From NCBI GenBank assembly GCA_965218045.1, contig CBDCJX010000007.1:63075-127074 (forward strand): a stretch of DNA of 64,000 nucleotides. Direction: 5' to 3'. The stretch comes from Acetobacteraceae bacterium. Lineage in GTDB: Bacteria > Pseudomonadota > Alphaproteobacteria > Acetobacterales > Acetobacteraceae. Each line of letters begins with the position of its first letter. Positions within the stretch are counted from its first letter, which is position 1. Shown one piece after another: positions 16,057 through 23,477 of the stretch. A program made the position numbers and the translations under genes. The notes beneath the pieces are model-generated. The model did no database searches. It was not told the DNA's origin and was given only the letters and a program-made list of their open reading frames with translations.

Positions 16057-18189
16057 GTGGACGTCCCTCCCACCGGAGCAGGTACGGACACGCACTGCCC
16101 GTATTGCGCCCTGCAATGCGGCATGACGGTGGCGCGGGAGAACGGCCGCTTCACGGTATTGCCGCGCGACTTCCCGACCAACAAGGGTGGGCTGTGCCGC
16201 AAGGGGTGGACGGCGGCGGAGCTGCTCGACGCGCCGGACCGGCTGACCACGCCATTGCTGCGCGATACCAAGCACGCGCCGCTGCGCGAGACGAGCTGGG
16301 ACGAGGCGCTCGACCGTGTCGCCGGGTCGATCCAGGCGATCCAGCGCGCCCGCGGACGCGATGCCATCGGCGTGTTCGGCGGCGGCGGGCTGACCAACGA
16401 GAAGGCGTATGCGCTCGGCAAGTTTGCCCGCGTGGCGTTGCGCACCGCCAATATCGACTACAACGGCCGTTTCTGCATGGCGTCCGCGGCGGCGGCCGGT
16501 CTGCGCGCATTGGGGATCGATCGCGGCTTGCCGTTCCCGCTCGAGGACATTCCCGGCGCGGACGCGATCCTGATCGCCGGAGGCAATCCGGCCGAGACGA
16601 TGCCGCCGATCATGCAGTATTTCGAGGCGCAGCGGACGCGCGGCGGCAAGCTCATCGTCTCCGACCCGCGCGTGACGCCCACCGCCCGCACGGCCACGTT
16701 GCATCTGCAACTGTTGCCGGGAACCGACGCAGCACTCGCCAACGGCTTGTTGCATGTGGCGATCCATGATCGGCTGATCGACGAGGCATTCATCGAGGCG
16801 CGCACCACCGGCTTCGCCGCCGTTCGCCGGGTGTGCGCCGCGTATTGGCCGGACCGGGTGGAGCGGATCACCGGCGTGCCCGCGCGCCTTGTCGTCGAAG
16901 CGGCCCACATCCTCGGCGAGGCGGCGACCGCGATGGTGCTGACCGGTAGGGGGCCCGAGCAGCAGAGTCAGGGTGTCGGCAACGTCCTCGCCTTCATCAA
17001 CCTGGTGCTGGCGCTCGGCAAGATCGGCAAGCCGCATTGCGGCTATGGCTGCCTGACCGGGCAAGGCAACGGGCAAGGCGGCCGCGAGCACGGCCAGAAA
17101 GCCGACCAGCTGCCTGGGTATCGGCGCATCGACAATCCAAGGCATCGCGCCGACATCGCGGCGGTGTGGGGAATCGAGCCGGAGACCTTGCCAGGCCCCG
17201 GCCTCTCCGCCAGCGAGCTGCTCAGCGCTCTCGGCACGTCGGTTGCCGGTTTGCTGGTGATGGCGTCGAACATCCTGCTGTCGGCACCCGAAGCGGCGCA
17301 ACTGTCCGAGCGGATTGACGATCTCGAACTGCTCGTAGTGAACGATATCTTCCTCTCCGATACCGCCCGCCGCGCCGATGTGGTGCTGCCGGTTACGCAG
17401 TGGGCGGAAGAGGAGGGCACGATGACCAATCTCGAAGGTCGCGTGCTGCTGCGTCGCCGTGCCAAGGAACCGCCGCCTGGCGTGTGGACCGACACGCAGG
17501 TGCTGCACGCGCTCGCCGAGCGGCTCGAGTGCGGCGCGCATTTCCCATCCGATGCATCCGAAATTTTCGGCGAACTTCGTCGCGCCAGCGCGGGCGGCAT
17601 GGCGGATTATGCTGGCATCACCTATGACCGCATCGCCGCCGAGCAAGGCGTGTTCTGGCCGTGTCCGGATGAGGCGCATCCTGGGACGAAGCGCCTGTTT
17701 GCCGACCGGTTCGCGACCGAGGATGGCCGCGCGCGGTTTCACTCGGTCGAGCATCTGCCGCCGATGGAGGAACCCGATCGGGCGTTCCCCTACGTGCTCA
17801 CCACCGGACGCGTGATGGCGCACTATCAGTCGGGCGTGCAGACGCGACGCGTCGCAGACTTGCAGGAAGCGGAGCCGGAGCCATTCGTCGAGATGCACCC
17901 GGAAACGGCGCGCACGCTCGGCATCCGGCCAGGCGACATGGTTGCGTTGAGCACGCGACGTGGCAGCGCTGAAGTTCGTGCGCGACTGACGCGCGACATT
18001 CGGCTCGACACGTTCTTCGTCCCGTTCCATTGGCCCGGTATGGGCAACGCCAACCGGCTGACCCATGCCGCGCTCGACCCGATCTCGCGCATTCCCGAGT
18101 TCAAGGTCTGCGCCGTCCGCGCCGAGCGGATCGCGCCCGCCGCTTCTCTCGCCTCCGCCGCTACTGCCCAGTTGCACGAGGACTCATGA
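16057..18189 (+). CDS. nasA: assimilatory nitrate reductase catalytic subunit (molybdopterin oxidoreductase)
   Basis: N-terminal 4Fe-4S motif HCPYCALQCGM. Molybdopterin oxidoreductase body and a C-terminal molydopterin-binding beta-barrel (FVEMHPETARTLGIRPGDMV). GTG 16057 lies 7 nt after the narK stop; the upstream part of ORF 15889.. overlaps narK. Confidence 0.88.
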   Translation: MDVPPTGAGTDTHCPYCALQCGMTVARENGRFTVLPRDFPTNKGGLCRKGWTAAELLDAPDRLTTPLLRDTKHAPLRETSWDEALDRVAGSIQAIQRARGRDAIGVFGGGGLTNEKAYALGKFARVALRTANIDYNGRFCMASAAAAGLRALGIDRGLPFPLEDIPGADAILIAGGNPAETMPPIMQYFEAQRTRGGKLIVSDPRVTPTARTATLHLQLLPGTDAALANGLLHVAIHDRLIDEAFIEARTTGFAAVRRVCAAYWPDRVERITGVPARLVVEAAHILGEAATAMVLTGRGPEQQSQGVGNVLAFINLVLALGKIGKPHCGYGCLTGQGNGQGGREHGQKADQLPGYRRIDNPRHRADIAAVWGIEPETLPGPGLSASELLSALGTSVAGLLVMASNILLSAPEAAQLSERIDDLELLVVNDIFLSDTARRADVVLPVTQWAEEEGTMTNLEGRVLLRRRAKEPPPGVWTDTQVLHALAERLECGAHFPSDASEIFGELRRASAGGMADYAGITYDRIAAEQGVFWPCPDEAHPGTKRLFADRFATEDGRARFHSVEHLPPMEEPDRAFPYVLTTGRVMAHYQSGVQTRRVADLQEAEPEPFVEMHPETARTLGIRPGDMVALSTRRGSAEVRARLTRDIRLDTFFVPFHWPGMGNANRLTHAALDPISRIPEFKVCAVRAERIAPAASLASAATAQLHEDS

Positions 18190-18193
18190 TCCC

Positions 18194-18544
18194 ATGATCG
18201 AATCGACCCCGAAGTTTCTCAACGGCGTTTTCCCCTTCACCGGCTCGGGCTACGACAAGCCGATCCCGCTCGGCGAGAGCGCGCGCTACACCGTCTCGCC
18301 GGACAAGCGCGCGCAGCTGATCTATTTCCGCGCCGGCAACGCCAGCGCGGAGCTGATCTATCTCGTGCTGATGCGGGAAGGAAAGCCGATGCGCTACTTC
18401 CCGATCGGCGCCAAGGCGAGCGAGCACGTCTCGCTCGCCGTCGTGGAAGACATTCCGCCCGACACCAAGCTGGAGATCCTGGTCGGCGCTCCCGCCAGCA
18501 CCAGCGGCACGATCGTGCTCGATCTCGGACTTCTCGAAGTCTGA
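18194..18544 (+). CDS. hypothetical protein (116 aa), closely linked between nasA and nirB
   Basis: The ATG lies 4 nt after the nasA TGA. Third-position GC bias is strong across the whole ORF. No Cys or Trp, and I recognise no family motif. It ends 27 nt before the nirB ATG. Confidence 0.7.
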   Translation: MIESTPKFLNGVFPFTGSGYDKPIPLGESARYTVSPDKRAQLIYFRAGNASAELIYLVLMREGKPMRYFPIGAKASEHVSLAVVEDIPPDTKLEILVGAPASTSGTIVLDLGLLEV

Positions 18545-18571
18545 GACCCGAGCAAGCACAGGAACGATTTG

Positions 18572-21013
18572 ATGGCAAAACAGAAGCTCGTCGTCATTGG
18601 CAACGGCATGGCGGGGGCACGCGCGGTCGAGGAGGTGCTCGCGCGAGGCGGCGGCGAGATGTTCGACATCACCATCTTCGGCGACGAACCGTACGGCAAC
18701 TACAACCGCATTCTGCTGTCGAACATCCTCAGCGGTGCGCAGGACGCCAGCGAGATCTTCATCAACCCGCTGTCCTGGTATGAGGAGAACGGCGTCACCT
18801 TGCACGCCGGCTCGCGCGTGGCCGAGATCGACCGCGCCGCCCACGCGATCCGCGCCGAGAACGGCATGATCGCGCATTACGACAAGCTGCTGATCGCCAC
18901 CGGCAGTCGTTCGTTCCTGCCGCCGATCGAAGGGCTGCGTCTGGCGGACGGCACGCTCAAGCCCGGCGTGTTCGCGTTTCGCGGCATCGATGATTGCAAC
19001 GGCATCATCGCCCAGGCAACGCAGAGCAAGGTCGCCGCGGTGATTGGCGGCGGCCTGCTTGGCCTCGAGGCCGCGCGCGGCCTGACCACGCACGATTGCG
19101 CCGTGCACGTGGTCCATCTGTCGGATCATTTGATGGAGACGCAGCTCGATAGCACCGGCGGTCTGTTGCTCGGCAAAGCGATGGAGCAGATGGGCGTGAC
19201 CGTCCACTTGAAAAAGTCCACCAGCGCTATCCTGGGCGAGCGGCGCGTGACCGGCCTCGCGTTCAAGGACGGCAGCTGGCTCGACTGCGAGATGGTGGTG
19301 GTCGCCGCCGGGATCAAGCCGAACTCCGAGATCGGCGTCAGCGCCGGCCTGACCGTGGAGCGCGCCATCGTAGTGGACAACCACATGCGCTCGGTCGACG
19401 ACATGAACGTCTACGTCGTCGGCGAGTGCGCGCAGCATCGCGGGCGCGTCTACGGCCTGGTGGCGCCGTTGTGGGACCAGGCGAAGGTGTTCGCTGATAA
19501 TGTCACCGGTCGCAATCCGCAGGCGACCTATAACGGCTCCAAGCTGGCGACCAAGCTGAAGGTGATGGGCGTCGAGCTGGCCTCGATGGGTGTCACCGAT
19601 GCGTCCGACGACAAGGACGAGATCATCCAGTTCGTCGAGCCAAAGAAGGGCATTTACAAGAAGCTGATCGTGCGCGACGGGCGCTTGGTTGGCGGCATCC
19701 TGATGGGCGACATCTCGAAGGCCGCGTATCTGATGCAGGCGTTCGACCGCGACAGCCCGCTGCCGGAGGAGCGTCTGTCGCTGCTGTTCGATCTCGGCGC
19801 GCCGACCCAGCAGGTGACGCTCGACGAGATGCCGGGCGACGCGCAGGTCTGCAACTGCAACGGTGTCAGCAAGGCCGCGATCGGCGCTTGCGTGAACGCC
19901 GGCAAGCAAACCGCGAAAGCGGTGATGGAGGCGACCCGTGCCGGCATGGGCTGCGGTTCGTGCAAGGGCCTGGTCGGCGAGCTTGTCGTCTGGTTCAGCG
20001 GTGGCGATCTGCAGGAGGACCCGTCGATCCACTACTACGTGCCATGCATTCCGCTGCGCAAGCCGGAGCTGGTCAAGGCAATCCGCGAGCGGCAGCTCAA
20101 GTCGGTCTCCGCGGTGTTCCGCGAGCTCGCCGACGGGGTCGAGGATGCCGCGAGCAAGCCGGGGCTCGCCTCCCTGCTGGTGACTATCTGGGCCCGCGAA
20201 TACGAGGACGAACGCGACGCGCGGTTTATCAACGATCGGGTGCACGGCAACATCCAGAAGGACGGTACCTTCTCGGTGATTCCGGAGATGCCCGGTGGCA
20301 TCTGCACGCCGGCCGAGCTGAAGCGCATCGCCGATGTCGCGGTGAAATACGACGTGCCGCTGGTCAAGCTCACCGGCGGCCAGCGCATCGACCTGGTGGG
20401 CATCGCCAAGGACAATCTGCCAAAGGTGTGGCAGGACCTCGACATGCCGGCCGGTTGGGCGTGGGGCAAGAGTTATCGCACCTGCAAGAGCTGCATCGGC
20501 ACCGATTTCTGCCGCTTCGGACTCGGCGACAGCATGGGGCTGGCGAAGAAGATCGAGGCGCGGTTTCGCGGCCTGGATAGTCCCGGCAAGCTCAAACTCG
20601 CCACCGCTGGCTGTCCGCGCAATTGCTCCGAGGCGATGGTGAAGGATCTCGGCGCCGTCGCGATCGGTGACAACAAGTGGGAGATCTATATCGGCGGCGC
20701 CGCCGGGGCGCATGTGCGCAAGGGCGATGTGCTTTGCACCGTCGAAGGCGAAGACCAGGTGCTGCTGATCGCCGGACGCTTCGTGCAGTTCTACCGCGAA
20801 AACGCCAAGTGGAAGGAGCGCACCTACACCTTTGTCGAACGCGTCGGGATCGCGAAGATCCGCGCCGTGGTGGTGGAAGACTCCGAAGGCGTCGTCCCGG
20901 ACCTCGATGCCGCGCTGGAATGGTCGATCGCGGCGGTGCGCGACCCTTGGAAGGAAGCGACCGCGCCGAAGACCGCCAACCAGTTCGCCGACCTGATTCC
21001 CTCGGAAGGCTGA
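18572..21013 (+). CDS. nirB: NAD(P)H-dependent nitrite reductase large subunit
   Basis: N-terminal FAD/NAD fold (VVIGNGMAGARAVEE), BFD-like 2Fe-2S motif (VCNCNGVSK), and siroheme/4Fe-4S cysteines (TCKSCIGTDFC, AGCPRNCSEA). About 813 aa. Confidence 0.92.
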   Translation: MAKQKLVVIGNGMAGARAVEEVLARGGGEMFDITIFGDEPYGNYNRILLSNILSGAQDASEIFINPLSWYEENGVTLHAGSRVAEIDRAAHAIRAENGMIAHYDKLLIATGSRSFLPPIEGLRLADGTLKPGVFAFRGIDDCNGIIAQATQSKVAAVIGGGLLGLEAARGLTTHDCAVHVVHLSDHLMETQLDSTGGLLLGKAMEQMGVTVHLKKSTSAILGERRVTGLAFKDGSWLDCEMVVVAAGIKPNSEIGVSAGLTVERAIVVDNHMRSVDDMNVYVVGECAQHRGRVYGLVAPLWDQAKVFADNVTGRNPQATYNGSKLATKLKVMGVELASMGVTDASDDKDEIIQFVEPKKGIYKKLIVRDGRLVGGILMGDISKAAYLMQAFDRDSPLPEERLSLLFDLGAPTQQVTLDEMPGDAQVCNCNGVSKAAIGACVNAGKQTAKAVMEATRAGMGCGSCKGLVGELVVWFSGGDLQEDPSIHYYVPCIPLRKPELVKAIRERQLKSVSAVFRELADGVEDAASKPGLASLLVTIWAREYEDERDARFINDRVHGNIQKDGTFSVIPEMPGGICTPAELKRIADVAVKYDVPLVKLTGGQRIDLVGIAKDNLPKVWQDLDMPAGWAWGKSYRTCKSCIGTDFCRFGLGDSMGLAKKIEARFRGLDSPGKLKLATAGCPRNCSEAMVKDLGAVAIGDNKWEIYIGGAAGAHVRKGDVLCTVEGEDQVLLIAGRFVQFYRENAKWKERTYTFVERVGIAKIRAVVVEDSEGVVPDLDAALEWSIAAVRDPWKEATAPKTANQFADLIPSEG

Positions 21014-21014
21014 G

Positions 21015-21368
21015 ATGGCGCAAGAACGTGTGATTGGCCGGCTGGCGCAGATCCCGCGCGGCGAGGGTCGCAACTTCGAAGTTGATGGCGTGAGGGTGGC
21101 CGTGTTCCACACCCAGTCCGGCGAGGTGTTCGCAACCCAGCCGGATTGTCCACATCGCCAGGGACCGCTTGCCGACGGGTTACTCGGTGGTGCGTCGGTG
21201 ATGTGCCCGTTGCATGACCGGGTGTACGACCTGCGTTCCGGCGGCCAGCTCAACGGCCCCTGCGCGTTGCGCACCTATCCCGTCCGCACCGCGTCGGACG
21301 GTGTCGTCTGGCTGGTGCCCGCGCCGCTCGAGAGCGCGCAATCCAGGCAGATGACGGATGCGGACTGA
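21015..21368 (+). CDS. nirD: nitrite reductase small subunit (Rieske-type)
   Basis: 117 aa with CPHRQGPL...CPLHDRVY Rieske-like motifs. The ATG lies 1 nt after the nirB stop. Confidence 0.9.
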   Translation: MAQERVIGRLAQIPRGEGRNFEVDGVRVAVFHTQSGEVFATQPDCPHRQGPLADGLLGGASVMCPLHDRVYDLRSGGQLNGPCALRTYPVRTASDGVVWLVPAPLESAQSRQMTDAD

Positions 21369-21377
21369 GCGGCACTC

Positions 21378-22730
21378 GTGCGACACTTCCCGATCTTCCT
21401 CACGTTGCAGGACCGCCGCGCGCTGGTGGTCGGCAGCGGTCCGATCGCCGATCGCAAGGCTGCCTTGCTGGAGCAGGCCGGAGCGACGGTCGAACGCCTG
21501 CCGCACTTCGATCCCGCGCGTCTGGCGGGATGTGCGCTGGCAATCGGCGCGGAGGCATCCGAAGCCGAGCTGCGCGACCTGTTCGATGCGGGTCGCCGTC
21601 TCGGCGTGCCGGTCAACGTAGTGGATCGGCCCGAGCTCTGCACTTTCATCAGCCCGGCGATCATCGATCGAGACCCGCTGACCATCGCCGTGGCGTCAGG
21701 CGGCGTGGCGCCGGTGCTCTCCCGTCTCGTGCGCGCCAGGATCGAGGCAGTCATCGCGCCGGGCTGGAGCGGGCTGGCCGCGTTGGCCGAGCGGCTGCGC
21801 GCCGAAACCGTGCGTCGTCTGCCCGACATTGCGTCGCGTCGGCGGATGCTGGAGCAAGCACTGTCCGGCCGCGCGGCGGAGCTCGCCCTTGCCGGTGACG
21901 AGGTTGCGGCCGAGACCGAGTACCGCCGCGAACTCCATGACGCGGAAGCCGGTGTCGTCGACCGGCGGGGCATGGTGTTCCTGGTCGGCGCCGGTCCGGG
22001 TGCGGCCGACCTCGTCACCTTGCGCGCGCAGCGATTGCTCGGCGAAGCCGACGTCGTGGTGCATGACCGGCTGGTCAGCGACGAGGTGCTCGGTCTGGCG
22101 CGGCGCGATGCCGAGTTCGTCTATGTCGGCAAGTCGCGCGGCAATCACTGCCTGCCGCAGACGGAGATCAACGCCCTGCTCATCCACCTGGCGCAAGCGG
22201 GACGCAAGGTGGTGCGGCTCAAGGGCGGCGATCCGTTCGTGTTCGGCCGGGGCGGCGAGGAGATCGAGGCACTGCGCGAGGCCGGCATCGCTTGCCAGGT
22301 GGTACCCGGCGTGACCGCGGCGCTCGCCTGCGCGGCGCAAGCCGGCATCCCGCTCACTCATCGTGACGCCGCCCGCCTCGTCACCTTCGTCACCGGCCAC
22401 GCCAAGGACGGTGTGCCGGCACTCGACTATGACGCCTTGGTGCGCTCCAACGCGACGTTCGCGATCTACATGGGCCTCGCCAATCTGCCAGCGCTGCGCG
22501 ATGCGTTGCTGGCGAATGGGCTAGACCCGGCGATGCCGGCGGCGCTGATCGAACGCGGCGGCACCGCCTTGCAGCGCGTCGCGCGCGGCACGCTCGACGA
22601 GCTGGCCGCACTCGCTCCCTCCTGGTCCACCGGCGGCCCCACCCTGGTTCTGGTGGGCGCGGCGGTCGATCGCTCGACGGTCGCCGGCGAGAGCGAGGTC
22701 GCGGCGCGGGAGCTGGTCAGCGCTTCTTGA
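21378..22730 (+). CDS. cysG: siroheme synthase (uroporphyrinogen-III methyltransferase / precorrin-2 dehydrogenase / ferrochelatase)
   Basis: N-terminal LVVGSGPIADRK Rossmann domain plus a C-terminal SUMT domain (VFLVGAGPGAADLVTLRA, VVRLKGGDPFVFGRGGEE). GTG start. Sits downstream of nirBD. Confidence 0.9.
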   Translation: MRHFPIFLTLQDRRALVVGSGPIADRKAALLEQAGATVERLPHFDPARLAGCALAIGAEASEAELRDLFDAGRRLGVPVNVVDRPELCTFISPAIIDRDPLTIAVASGGVAPVLSRLVRARIEAVIAPGWSGLAALAERLRAETVRRLPDIASRRRMLEQALSGRAAELALAGDEVAAETEYRRELHDAEAGVVDRRGMVFLVGAGPGAADLVTLRAQRLLGEADVVVHDRLVSDEVLGLARRDAEFVYVGKSRGNHCLPQTEINALLIHLAQAGRKVVRLKGGDPFVFGRGGEEIEALREAGIACQVVPGVTAALACAAQAGIPLTHRDAARLVTFVTGHAKDGVPALDYDALVRSNATFAIYMGLANLPALRDALLANGLDPAMPAALIERGGTALQRVARGTLDELAALAPSWSTGGPTLVLVGAAVDRSTVAGESEVAARELVSAS

Positions 22731-22926
22731 GCGCCTCGGGATGGTGGATCGCCTCCGCGCCGGTCTTGTCGCTCTTCACCCGGTATTGCGGGTCATCCTT
22801 GGTTGCCTTGGCCACGTGTCCCTTCACCTTGGCGGTCGACGTGACCTGGCTTTTCACCGTGCCCTTGGTCTCCCCCTGCGAGGTGTTCCAGCGGACCTTG
22901 TCGCCGGGCTTCAACTGCTTCGCCAT
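22717..22926 (-). CDS. DUF2945 (hypervirulence-associated TUDOR-like) small protein
   Basis: MAKQLKPGDKVRWNTSQGETKGTV...DDPQYRVKSDKTGAEAIHHPEALKK, which I recognise as the DUF2945 pattern. ATG 22926 is preferred over the ORF start at 22959. Confidence 0.7.
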   Translation of the reverse strand: MAKQLKPGDKVRWNTSQGETKGTVKSQVTSTAKVKGHVAKATKDDPQYRVKSDKTGAEAIHHPEALKKR

Positions 22927-23015
22927 CGCGGTCTCCTGATCGAGTGTGCGCCATCCCATCTCGTCGGTCTGCGCGCGACGGCAATGTGGCCGTGCCGGTC
23001 ACGATCGGCGGAGTT

Positions 23016-23477
23016 CTACCGAGCGCCCCGCAGCGCCGCCCGCAACACCGTGTCGAGCGCGGAGAGGAAGCGCGATCGGTCGGCCTTGGCGAGCGGCGCC
23101 GGACCGCCGGTGATTACACCGATCTCCCGCAGATGGCGCGCGACCTCGCGGCCGGCCAGCGCGTTGCCGATGTTGTCGGTGCTCCAGGTGTGCCCGGTGT
23201 GCGACAAAGCGCGCGCCGATTTGGCAAGGCAGCGCGAGGCGAGCGGGATGTCGGCGGTGACACAGACATCGTCGGGGCCGATGCGCTCGGCGATCCAATC
23301 GTCGGCGATGTCGGCGCCCTCGGCGACGGTGACCATCGTCACCCCCGGCAGCCCAGGCGGCCGGATCGGGCGCGAGCCGTTCGACACCACCAACACCGGC
23401 ACGCCGAGCCGCTGGGCAACGCGGTAGACCTCGTCGCGCACCGGGCAGGCATCGGCGTCGACATAGATCGCGGTCAC
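23016..23477 (-). CDS. YaiI/YqxD family protein (DUF188, UPF0178)
   Basis: The N-terminus (V)TAIYVDADACPVRDEV matches the conserved YaiI start (VDADACP). The GTG start overlaps the upstream stop as GTGA. Confidence 0.82.
   Translation of the reverse strand: MTAIYVDADACPVRDEVYRVAQRLGVPVLVVSNGSRPIRPPGLPGVTMVTVAEGADIADDWIAERIGPDDVCVTADIPLASRCLAKSARALSHTGHTWSTDNIGNALAGREVARHLREIGVITGGPAPLAKADRSRFLSALDTVLRAALRGAR

Noticed and set aside
15994-18177. 727-aa minus-strand ORF
   Set aside because: It is antisense to nasA and shows the same compositional artefact.
18161-21274. 1037-aa ORF on the minus strand spanning the whole nirB region
   Set aside because: It is antisense to a motif-rich, unmistakable nirB. 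The translation is Arg/Ala/Gly/His-rich low-information sequence typical of GC-rich antisense frames, and no motifs are present.
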